A DNA stretch of 24,000 nt, from the NCBI GenBank assembly GCA_002405165.1, contig DHLF01000001.1:5608-29607 (forward strand). The letters run 5' to 3'. A program made the position numbers and the translations under genes. Source of the DNA: Christensenella sp. UBA4675 (GTDB taxonomy: Bacteria > Bacillota > Clostridia > Christensenellales > Borkfalkiaceae). The stretch's first letter is position 1, and every line of letters starts with the position of its first letter. Below, one piece after another: positions 7,514 through 15,950 of the stretch. Below the pieces are notes generated by a model. It made no database searches and was not told the DNA's origin. It was given only the letters and a program-made list of their open reading frames with translations.

Positions 7514-8269
7514 ATGGTAGTAAAAGAAAAACCGCACGCTTTATGCGACGTTCCGTTGCATTATTGTCCCGGTTGCACGCACGGGATAATTCATAGATTA
7601 GTAGCGGAAGTAATAGACGAACTCGGAATAGAAGGGAAAACCGTAGGAATTGCCCCCGTAGGTTGTTCGGTTATGGCGTATAACTATTTTAATTGCGATA
7701 TGATAGAGGCGGCTCACGGAAGAGCTCCCGCAGTAGCGACGGGCGTAAAAAGAGCTGACCCCGACAATTTGGTAGTATTTACTTATCAAGGGGACGGAGA
7801 TTTAGCTTCTATCGGTATGGCTGAAACCGTACATGCGGCTACTAGAAACGAAAACATAACCGTAATATTTATAAACAACGCAATTTACGGAATGACGGGC
7901 GGACAAATGGCTCCCACGTCGCTTCCCGGACAAGTAACGCAAACTTCTCCTTACGGAAGAGATGTAAAATTATGCGGATATCCTATCAGAGTTTGCGAAA
8001 TGCTTTCCGAACTAGAAGGACCCGAATATTTGGCAAGAGTTACCGTTGACAACGTTAAACACGTCAACGAAGCTAAAAAAGCTATAAAGAAAGCGTTTAT
8101 GAACCAAATAGAAGGCAAAGGATTTTCTTTGGTAGAAGTTATTTCTTCTTGTCCTACTAACTGGGGTATGACGCCACAAAACGCTCTTAAATGGATAGAA
8201 GAAAAAATGATTCCTTATTATCCTTTGGGGGTATATAAAGACAGAAGCGCGGAAAAGGAGGCAAAATAA
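7514..8269 (+). CDS. 2-oxoacid:ferredoxin oxidoreductase beta subunit (TPP / Fe-S binding)
   Basis: AAGGAGG 7501-7507 precedes the start. Cys cluster HYCPGCTHG...GCS. TPP motif YQGDGDLASIGMAE...NNAIYGMTGGQ. The start is 1 nt after the alpha stop. Confidence 0.9.
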   Translation: MVVKEKPHALCDVPLHYCPGCTHGIIHRLVAEVIDELGIEGKTVGIAPVGCSVMAYNYFNCDMIEAAHGRAPAVATGVKRADPDNLVVFTYQGDGDLASIGMAETVHAATRNENITVIFINNAIYGMTGGQMAPTSLPGQVTQTSPYGRDVKLCGYPIRVCEMLSELEGPEYLARVTVDNVKHVNEAKKAIKKAFMNQIEGKGFSLVEVISSCPTNWGMTPQNALKWIEEKMIPYYPLGVYKDRSAEKEAK

Positions 8270-8802
8270 TGGCTACTACTCAATTTTTGTTTTCGGGTTT
8301 TGGCGGACAAGGTATTTTGTTTTCAGGTAAGTTTTTAGCTTATAAAGGACTTATGGAAAACAAAAACGTAAGTTGGCTTCCTTCTTACGGACCTGAAATG
8401 AGAGGCGGTACTGCTTCTTGTTCGGTTATCGTAAGCGACAGTTTAGTAGGCTCGCCTATCGTATCTAACCCCGACGTACTTATTGCAATGAATCTTCCTT
8501 CGCTCGATAAATTCGAAAAAAGCGTAAAAAGTGGCGGAATGATTTTTCTAGATTCCACTTTAATCGAAAGAAAAGTCGTTAGGGACGACGTAAAGGTGTT
8601 TTATATTCCCGCAACGGCGCTTGCCAGTGAAAACAATATGTCTACGCTTGCAAATATGATTATAATGGGAAAAGTTTTGAAAGAGCTTAACGAATTTACG
8701 GACGAATCTGTCGGCGACGCGTTAAAAAAGGTAATATCCGCAAAACACGCCGATATGATGGAAATCAACCGTAAGGCTTTGGAAATCGGAGCTAATTTAT
8801 AA
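8269..8802 (+). CDS. 2-oxoacid:ferredoxin oxidoreductase gamma subunit
   Basis: FSGFGGQGILFSGKFLA N-terminal signature of OFOR gamma subunits. The start overlaps the beta stop (TAATG 8267-8271). Confidence 0.88.
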   Translation: MATTQFLFSGFGGQGILFSGKFLAYKGLMENKNVSWLPSYGPEMRGGTASCSVIVSDSLVGSPIVSNPDVLIAMNLPSLDKFEKSVKSGGMIFLDSTLIERKVVRDDVKVFYIPATALASENNMSTLANMIIMGKVLKELNEFTDESVGDALKKVISAKHADMMEINRKALEIGANL

Positions 8803-8937
8803 AAAATATATAAGTTTTTGGTTTAAAAAATGGGTTTTACGTTAGGTATTTGCTTTTAAAGCGTGATTTGTAAAATCTTATATAAATTATAAAATCGTAA
8901 AATGTATATTTAATCAAAATAAATAAAGGAGTTTATT

Positions 8938-10002
8938 ATGGAAATTAAATTTGAAAAAACGGCTTGTCCTAAACAAAAGCCCGACCCTGCTACTTTGGGT
9001 TTTGGAAAAATATTTACCGACCATATGTTTATAATGGACTATACGCCCGATAAAGGTTGGCACGACGCAAGAATCGTTCCTTTCGGAAATATTAGTCTTC
9101 ATCCTGCGTCCACCGTTTTACATTACGGTTCTGAAATTTTCGAAGGCTTAAAGGCTTATCGTAAAAAAGACGGTACGGTTCAAATGTTCAGACCTATCGA
9201 AAACGTAAGAAGAATGAATAATTCGGCTGAAAGACTATGTTTACCCCAAATTCCCGAAGATTTAGCTATGGAAGTATTAACTAAATTCGTTGAAACCGAA
9301 AAAGATTGGACTCCCGATGCAAAGGGAACGTCTTTATATATAAGACCTTTTATGTTTGGTAACGACGAAACTTTGGGCGTACACTCTGTTAAACACGCAA
9401 CCTTTATGATAATAACTTCGCCCGTAGGCAGTTATTATAAAGAAGGTATTAACCCCGTTAAAATTATGATAGAAGATAAAGACGTAAGAGCTGTTCGTGG
9501 CGGTACGGGATATGCTAAATGCGGTGGTAACTATGCGGCTAGTAACAGAGCGGGCGAAAAAGCGGAAGAAAAAGGATATTCGCAAGTTTTATGGCTTGAC
9601 GGCGTTGAAAGAAAGTATATAGAAGAAGTCGGCGCGATGAACGTTATGTTTAAAATAAACGGAGAAATCATAACGCCTATGCTTTCTGGTTCTATTCTTC
9701 CCGGAATTACGAGAAAATCTTGCATAGAAGTATTAAAGGACGAAGGATATAAAGTAACCGAAAGACTTTTATCCGTAGACGAACTCGAAAAAGCTATTGA
9801 AGACGGAACGCTCGAAGAAGCTTGGGGATGCGGAACCGCCGCGGTAGTTTCTCCTATCGGAGAGCTTTGTTATAAAGGTAAAAAGTGCATAATCAACAAC
9901 GGAAAAATCGGAGAAGTTACTCAACATTTATATGATACTTTAACGGGTATTCAGTGGGGAGAAAAAGAGGATAAATTCGGTTGGACTTATCCTTTAAAAT
10001 AA
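8938..10002 (+). CDS. ilvE: branched-chain amino acid aminotransferase (fold-type IV PLP enzyme)
   Basis: AAAGGAG 8925-8931 then ATG 8938. Long-form BCAT features: FTDHMF, HYGSEIFEGLKAY, LYIRPFMFG, GGTGYAKCGGNYAAS, GITR, GTAAVVSP. There is no intrinsic terminator in the 135-nt spacer upstream. Confidence 0.92.
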   Translation: MEIKFEKTACPKQKPDPATLGFGKIFTDHMFIMDYTPDKGWHDARIVPFGNISLHPASTVLHYGSEIFEGLKAYRKKDGTVQMFRPIENVRRMNNSAERLCLPQIPEDLAMEVLTKFVETEKDWTPDAKGTSLYIRPFMFGNDETLGVHSVKHATFMIITSPVGSYYKEGINPVKIMIEDKDVRAVRGGTGYAKCGGNYAASNRAGEKAEEKGYSQVLWLDGVERKYIEEVGAMNVMFKINGEIITPMLSGSILPGITRKSCIEVLKDEGYKVTERLLSVDELEKAIEDGTLEEAWGCGTAAVVSPIGELCYKGKKCIINNGKIGEVTQHLYDTLTGIQWGEKEDKFGWTYPLK

Positions 10003-10030
10003 TAGATTTAATACAGATTCAGATAGTTAA

Positions 10031-10061
10031 AAAGAGCTTGGCAATTTGCCAAACTCTTTTT
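10031..10061 (+). terminator. intrinsic terminator ending the acs-OFOR-ilvE block
   Basis: Hairpin AAAGAGCTTGGC / GCCAAACTCTTT (one mismatch, 5-nt loop) running into a T tract, about 30 nt after the ilvE stop. Confidence 0.7.
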
Positions 10062-10136
10062 AGCGGTTTATGTGAAAAATTTTATAGTACTAAATTTTAG
10101 CATTATAACGCTTTTTTTACGCGTATTGGGAGAAGA

Positions 10137-12199
10137 ATGCAAAAGGAAAAAATAATAGGCTTTGCAAAAAAACCGTTCCGTTTTCTTTAATTTTATTATT
10201 TTCGATTTTGGGAACGTACATAGTGTTTTTAAAAGGTCTATTTAAAGGCGACGATTATTATTTTCACGCCACGGATATCTACGAATGGTATAATGCAATT
10301 TTAAATGGAAAAAAAGTTTCACCTATAAGTGAAAATTTAGCAATGGGGCTAGGTGTAGGAAATAGATTGTTTTATTCTCCTTTATCGCATTTAACCGTCG
10401 TTCTAGTAGGTTTATTTTTAAAAATTTTTAATATTTCCTTAATTGCTTCATTTAAAATCGTAATAATTTTAATGATATTTATTTCGGGGGTATTTACGTA
10501 CTTTTTTGCTTTGCGTTTTACGTCTAATAATAAAAATGCGTCTTTGTTTACTGTGCTTTGTTTTGTAATATTTCCGTATAGAGCTTTTAATATTTTTAGA
10601 AGATTTGCCTTTGCCGAAGCCTTTGCTATGACGTTTTTGCCTTTATTTTTTATGGGATTATATGATATTTTACATTTTAAGGAAAAGGTAAACGTAACGG
10701 CTTTTTTAGAAGTTGTTTTGGGCGGAGTATTTCTCGTCTTATCTCATAATATAACCGCTTTATACGCGTTTATTTTCGGAGTTATATATATTCTAATAAA
10801 TATAAACGAGTTGATTAAATCTCTTAAATTTAAATATTACGTTCTTTTATGCGTTGTTTCGATAATACTAATAATAGGAATATCTTCTATTGCGCTTTTC
10901 ACTCAATTTGAGCTTTTAAAAGACAAATTATATATTGTAAGCAATAAAGATGCAATGGGTACAAGCATTTCTTCTGTTACTTCTCAACATGCGTTTTGGA
11001 AAATTTTTTCACATTCGGGATTTGGTTTTGGCAGTATTAAAAATTTTGCAAGATTTATATGGTTTATAATTTCTTGTGTAATCACAATTTTAACCGATAC
11101 TTATATTAGGAAAATTGAAAAATTAAAAACTGCGTATAGATATTTGATTTTGTTTTTAATTCTATTCGTATTTAATATTTTTTTTATAAATTCAGCTACT
11201 ATTTTAGCCGTAATTGTTTTTTATTTTTTATACGTGTACGTCGATTATTCAATAAAAAAGGGAAAACAAAAAGAGATTTACGTTGAAAAAAGCATTTTAA
11301 AAGATAAATTATTTTGGTTTTCGATTTCCGCAATTCTAATTTGTTTAGTTTTTATGATATTTGGATTTGTTTGGGAAATATTACCGAGTTTTATGTTAAA
11401 TATACAATTCCCTTGGAGATTGTGGTCGTTTATACAGCTGTTTTTGTCGATAATTGTGGGACTTATTTGTTATTATTTTAATAAAAAACAAATACTTTTT
11501 ACATTTCTTTCAATATTTTTTGCAACTTGTATAATTTGCAACTTGTATAATTTGCAACAAAGGGATAATTGCAAAAGAAGAACAATTTAAAAATAGAGAT
11601 GAGTATTCCTATTACAGTACTTTTGGTTGGTCTTATACGTTAAATTACGACTTATATAAAGCAAAATATTCGTTAGGTTTTAAAAACGACTACATACCGC
11701 AAATATTTTTATTAGAAGATTATATACCTAAATATTCAACTTCTTTGTATAATGATATTAAAAAGTCAATATTTTTAGATGAAGAAGATATGTTTATTGC
11801 GGGCGAAAAATATTCTTTTAATCCCGTAGTTTTAACGGGAAGCGGAACGATAAAATATTAAAAAGAAAAACGCCTTATTATTTAATAAAAGTAAAAACAA
11901 CGCAAGAAACAAAAATACAAATGCCGTTGTTTTATTATTTGGGGTATAGCATAAACTTAAAAACGAACGAAATTAAAACAGTTTCAGCGGAAAAGGTAGA
12001 CGGACTGATTTCTTTCGATATTTTAGCAGGAAATTACGAAATTACGATAAATTATAAAGGAACGACTTTAAGAAAAACTTCTATAATATTAAACGTTACT
12101 TGTTCAAGCGTTGTAGTCGGATATATAATTTTTAACTTCGTATCTAAAAAAATAAAAAGAAAAAGTGTTTTAAATAATAAAGTTGCAACTTCCGCATAA
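10137..12199 (+). pseudogene. large polytopic membrane protein (GT-C / YfhO-like glycosyltransferase-type, tentative), reading frame broken at three or more sites
   Basis: The ATG 10137 frame (MQKEKIIGFAKK) stops after an A7 run (10166-10172). One extra A would join it to the 460-aa ORF frame (TVPFSLILLFSILGTYIVFLKG...DDYYFH). That ORF ends at 11590 just after a 16-bp tandem duplication. Removing one copy opens a stop-free frame 11553-11858 (KGIIAKEEQFKNRDEYSYYSTFGWSYTLNY...FNPVVLTGSGTIKY). A further 1-nt shift near A4 11852-11855 joins it to the 11921-12199 ORF (..YYLIKVKTTQETKIQMPLFYYLGYS..., C-terminal TM). There are many hydrophobic segments throughout. Confidence 0.7.
11519..11558 (+). 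repeat. 16-bp direct tandem duplication (about 2.5 copies of TGCAACTTGTATAATT) inside the membrane-protein gene
   Basis: 11521-11536 and 11537-11552 are identical, followed by the partial copy TGCAAC. 16 is not a multiple of 3, so the duplication shifts the frame. Confidence 0.95.
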
Positions 12200-12222
12200 C
12201 TGTTTAAATAAAATTTAACCAT

Positions 12223-12254
12223 AAAAAAATCGCCAATTTTTCGGCGATTTTTTG
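12223..12254. terminator. bidirectional intrinsic terminator between convergent genes
   Basis: Core stem ATCGCC / GGCGAT with an 8-nt loop, extended by flanking A-run/T-run pairing. It looks like a terminator on both strands. Confidence 0.7.
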
Positions 12255-12273
12255 CATAAAATCAAACATAAAA

Positions 12274-13539
12274 TTATTTGCTATTTTTTTTAGTTCTTCC
12301 TATTTCCGTATTGTCTTTTTTTCTAGATTGCAGTGTTTCTATCGGATTTTTTTTCGTTTCAAATCGGTAGTCCTGACCAAATTCTTTTATATGGTTTTCT
12401 ATTACCTTATGGCTCGGAAGCGTTTTTCCGTTTTTAACTACGTGTTTATTGTATTTAAAGAAATCGTCTTTTGGACTTAAAGTTTCAATCGATTGATATT
12501 GTTCTCTAACTTTCGTATAATTTACGGTTTTTGCTAAAACTTCTCTTATATAGTCGATATTTCCTTCGAAATGTAAAGTTTCGGGGAAATCGCCGCCGCA
12601 AGGATATAACGCTTGCCAAGGCTTGCCTTCGTATTTTTCAAGCAGTCCCGCAACAAATTGTAAATGCCCGCATTCTTCTAAATAATGGCGATAAAAAATT
12701 TCTCTTATATATTTATCGGTTTCATCTGCGTAGCAGGAATAATATAAATAACATTCGGTATATTCGTGCATAAGCCAGCTTTCCAATTTAGAGCACGTCG
12801 TATCGATTAAACTGCCGTATTCCGTTACGTGCTGTTCTTCTATCATGGCTATTTCGCTATAAAGTTTTCTTCCCGTCTCACTTGGGTGAAAACCAGCAAT
12901 ATTCATATAGTAATTCATAGTTTGTTGTTCTCCAGCCGTTATAATATTTACTACAAGTTTGGTAAACGGGTCGGAAATTTCCGCCGAAATATGGCGGTTT
13001 ATCGCGTCGTACGGGTGTCTTGGTTCGCTTATAGTCGGTCTTCCGGGGGTAATTTCGGTGTAACCGCCGGTAAGTGTGTTTGCGTCTATTCCTTGTTCGC
13101 TTTCTAAAAGATTTGCAAACCTATATAGATGGTCAAAATCTTCTAGCAATGCAAAATCAAGAGCTTGTTTTACGTAAGAATCTTTAACGTGTTTAGCAAG
13201 TATCGCGGTTAAATCGACAGCTAATTGTTCGTAGCCGATGGTCGTTTCAAGGTCTGTTTCGTCGATAGGTTTTAAACCTGAAATAATTTTTTGCTGTTGT
13301 TGTTCGTGTCTACGAATTAAAGAAATATCGCGTCTTAATTCGTTGTCGTTGCAAGTTCTTGAAAACTGGTGTAAAAACCAGTTTTGTTCGAATTCTGCGC
13401 CGTTTAACAAAATTATTCTTGTTTTTGTGTACGGCAAAGTTGTTTTTTTGTCGTAGGGAACGGGGCTGTAATCGTCAACCGTTGCAAAATCCTTTACGGA
13501 TATTGCGTTTTTTTCTAAAAATGGATTTACTTTATTCAT
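12274..13539 (-). CDS. ferritin-like (di-iron carboxylate four-helix-bundle) superfamily protein, function unknown
   Basis: I prefer the start at 13539 (MNKVNPFLEK; AGGAG on the minus strand at 13549-13553) over the longer ORF-track start. There are two ExxH motifs (AMIEEQHVTEY, YLEECGHLQF), each preceded by a helix carrying a conserved Glu (AGEQQTMNYY, LMHEYTECYLYY). This is the ligand pattern of di-iron ferritin-like proteins. Confidence 0.6.
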   Translation of the reverse strand: MNKVNPFLEKNAISVKDFATVDDYSPVPYDKKTTLPYTKTRIILLNGAEFEQNWFLHQFSRTCNDNELRRDISLIRRHEQQQQKIISGLKPIDETDLETTIGYEQLAVDLTAILAKHVKDSYVKQALDFALLEDFDHLYRFANLLESEQGIDANTLTGGYTEITPGRPTISEPRHPYDAINRHISAEISDPFTKLVVNIITAGEQQTMNYYMNIAGFHPSETGRKLYSEIAMIEEQHVTEYGSLIDTTCSKLESWLMHEYTECYLYYSCYADETDKYIREIFYRHYLEECGHLQFVAGLLEKYEGKPWQALYPCGGDFPETLHFEGNIDYIREVLAKTVNYTKVREQYQSIETLSPKDDFFKYNKHVVKNGKTLPSHKVIENHIKEFGQDYRFETKKNPIETLQSRKKDNTEIGRTKKNSK

Positions 13540-13626
13540 AAAAAAATTCTCCTTTCTTAAATAATTTCCAAGTTTAAAAATTTTAATCAAAAAATAAGAA
13601 AAAAATGGTAAATTTTTAAAAAAATA

Positions 13627-13655
13627 TTGACATAAAATAAAATTAAAATTAAAAT
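13627..13655 (+). promoter_or_regulatory. sigma-A type promoter for the kinase-SDR-HAD-helicase operon
   Basis: TTGACA 13627-13632, 17-nt spacer, TAAAAT 13650-13655. RBS AAGGTG 13661-13666. Confidence 0.55.
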
Positions 13656-13671
13656 AATTTAAGGTGAAAAA

Positions 13672-14544
13672 ATGATTTATACGACTTTTGAATTAAACGA
13701 ATTAGTAAAAAAAGAAAATATTTTTAAAGACGATAATTACTATTCTCAAATAAATATAATAGCTTCTCATATTTTATCAGACTCTTTAAAACCTATTGTG
13801 CTTGTAAACGGACCTTCAGGAGCCGGAAAAACAACTTTTACAAAAAATCTAGCAAAAATAATTAGGGCGAGCGGAAGAAATTGTTACTATATTTCTATGG
13901 ACAATTATTTTAACTCTATCAATCCGCAGGAATTTAAAAATAAAGTACCTGATTACGAATATCCTTTAAGAGTTGATTTTAAACTTTTAAATAAGCATAT
14001 TGCCATGTTGTTAAACTGTCAAAAAATAGATATGCCTACTTTTAATTTCGAAAAATCGGTAAGGAGCGATAAAACGATAGAAATTACTCGTGAAAAGGAT
14101 GATATTGTAATAATAGAAGGTATACATTCTTTTAACGATAATTATTTAAAGTGCGATAATGCGTTTAGGGTATTTATAGATGTTTTCGACAGCGTTAAAA
14201 ACGGGCAAACGGAAATTTCTTCTAGGGAAATAAGGCTATTAAGAAGAATATCAAGAGATTCTTTATCTAGGGGCAGGGATTTTTCGCAAACGATAAGTCA
14301 ATTAAAAAATGTGTCAAACGGAGAAGATTTATACATTAAGCCTTTTTTAAAGAAAGTTGATTTTTCCGTAAATACGTTTATGCCTTATGAACTTGGGTGC
14401 TACAAAAATAAACTATACGATAACTTAAAAGAAAACAATGCCGACGAATTAAAAACTGTTTTAGCGGTTTTGTCGGGAATAGAGAAAGTCGAAATGGATA
14501 AAATAGAAGAAAATTCACCTATAAAGGAATTTATACAATGTTAG
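13672..14544 (+). CDS. uridine kinase / phosphoribulokinase-family P-loop kinase-like protein
   Basis: Walker A NGPSGAGKTT. IVIIEGIH and RLLRRISRDSLSRGR resemble the Udk lid/LID-arginine region. Extra N- and C-terminal extensions compared with a minimal Udk. Confidence 0.7.
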   Translation: MIYTTFELNELVKKENIFKDDNYYSQINIIASHILSDSLKPIVLVNGPSGAGKTTFTKNLAKIIRASGRNCYYISMDNYFNSINPQEFKNKVPDYEYPLRVDFKLLNKHIAMLLNCQKIDMPTFNFEKSVRSDKTIEITREKDDIVIIEGIHSFNDNYLKCDNAFRVFIDVFDSVKNGQTEISSREIRLLRRISRDSLSRGRDFSQTISQLKNVSNGEDLYIKPFLKKVDFSVNTFMPYELGCYKNKLYDNLKENNADELKTVLAVLSGIEKVEMDKIEENSPIKEFIQC

Positions 14545-15296
14545 ATGCGGTTATTACGGGTGCAAGCTCGGGAATGGGGGAAGAATTTGCAAAAAAAATC
14601 GACCAAATGGGATACGGAAGAATATTTTTAATTGCAAGGAACAAAACTAAATTAGAAGAGTTGTCTAAAACGCTAAAAACGCCTTGCGTTATAGCAAGTT
14701 GCGATTTAACTAAAAAAGATTCTTTTGATTATTTAAAGTCGGTTTTTGAGGAAAACAAAGTAAAAATAGGTTTACTTTTAAACGGTGCGGGTTACGGTAT
14801 ATTTAATGAGTTTACTTCTACCGATATTGCCGATATAAACGGAATGATAGATTTAAACGATAAAGCTTTAGTTGAAATTACGTATTTATCGCTTAGTTAT
14901 ATGCAAGAAAACGCAAAAATAATAAATATAGCGTCTATTGCGTCTTTCGAACCTATTCCTTACGGAGCGATATACGGAGCTAGTAAAAGTTTTGTATTAA
15001 GCTTTTCAAGAGCATTAAATATGGAGCTTAAAAAAAATAAAATACGTGTTTTAGCGGTTTGTCCTTATTGGACTGCTACAAGTTTTTTCGATAGGGGTAA
15101 TAAAAACGGAGTAATAAAAAAATTCGATTGTATGTATTCCCCCAAATTTGTTGTAAACAAAACGATAAAAGCATTAAAAGGGAAAAAAGATTATGTCGTT
15201 ACGGGAACATACGCTAAATTCGTTAGATTTTTAGCAAAAATTCTTCCTAATAAGTGGATTATGAAAATGTTCATGAAACAACAATCGTTAAAATAA
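14538..15296 (+). CDS. short-chain dehydrogenase/reductase (classical SDR)
   Basis: TGASSGMG cofactor motif, NGAG, catalytic Ser region and YGASK (YxxxK). The start overlaps the upstream stop by 7 nt. Confidence 0.85.
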   Translation: MLDAVITGASSGMGEEFAKKIDQMGYGRIFLIARNKTKLEELSKTLKTPCVIASCDLTKKDSFDYLKSVFEENKVKIGLLLNGAGYGIFNEFTSTDIADINGMIDLNDKALVEITYLSLSYMQENAKIINIASIASFEPIPYGAIYGASKSFVLSFSRALNMELKKNKIRVLAVCPYWTATSFFDRGNKNGVIKKFDCMYSPKFVVNKTIKALKGKKDYVVTGTYAKFVRFLAKILPNKWIMKMFMKQQSLK

Positions 15297-15315
15297 TTAA
15301 AAGAGAGAAAAAAGT

Positions 15316-15948
15316 ATGTACAAATTTATAGCATTTGATTTAGACGGAACATTAGTAAACACATTTCCTTATATATTATCTTCGTATAAGTACGCATTAG
15401 TTCAAGTTTACGGAAAAGCGATAGAATCGGAGGATAGTATAAAATCAAAAATAGGTAAACCTATTGCGGAATTCTTTAAAGACTATCCCGAAAAGGACAG
15501 ACAAAGATTATATGAATTATATTCAACTAATAACGACGCGATTCAAAGTAAAGGCGTGCCGTTTTTTTCGGGTGTAAAAGAAATGCTTAAAACGCTTAAA
15601 GAAAACGTAAAAGTAGGATTAGTTACGTCTAAAAGACGCAAGCCATTGGAAGAATTTTTAATAAAAGAAAAATTAGATAATTTTTTTGACGTTGTAGTGG
15701 CAAAAGAAGATACGGTTTTAAATAAACCTAACGGAGAACCTATCGAAAAGGCAATAGAGCTTGCAGGTGTAACCGCCAAAGACGCATTGTACGTAGGGGA
15801 CGCCAAATACGACGTTTTATGTGCACATAATGCAAACGTAGATGCGTGCATAGTCGGTTGGAATGCTTTCGGAAAAGAATATTTTGAGAAATACAAGCCC
15901 GAATATTACGCTGAAAGCTGTCAAGATATTATCAATTTATCAAAATAA
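15316..15948 (+). CDS. HAD-superfamily phosphatase (phosphoglycolate phosphatase / PpaX-like)
   Basis: Motif I FDLDGTLVNT, motif II VTSK, motif III/IV K...VGDAKYD. Confidence 0.85.
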   Translation: MYKFIAFDLDGTLVNTFPYILSSYKYALVQVYGKAIESEDSIKSKIGKPIAEFFKDYPEKDRQRLYELYSTNNDAIQSKGVPFFSGVKEMLKTLKENVKVGLVTSKRRKPLEEFLIKEKLDNFFDVVVAKEDTVLNKPNGEPIEKAIELAGVTAKDALYVGDAKYDVLCAHNANVDACIVGWNAFGKEYFEKYKPEYYAESCQDIINLSK

Positions 15949-15950
15949 AA

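Noticed and set aside
7050-9725. Minus-strand ORFs inside the OFOR alpha and beta genes and ilvE (7050-7439, 7598-7789, 8914-9102, 9334-9585, 9531-9725)
   Set aside because: Same reasoning: antisense shadows within well-supported coding regions, without translation signals.
12531-13541. Four plus-strand ORFs (80, 92, 72 and 60 aa) opposite the ferritin-like gene
   Set aside because: They are short and mutually overlapping, have no RBS, and their composition (Arg/Phe/Cys-rich) is typical of antisense frames. The minus-strand ORF has a strong RBS and metal-ligand motifs.
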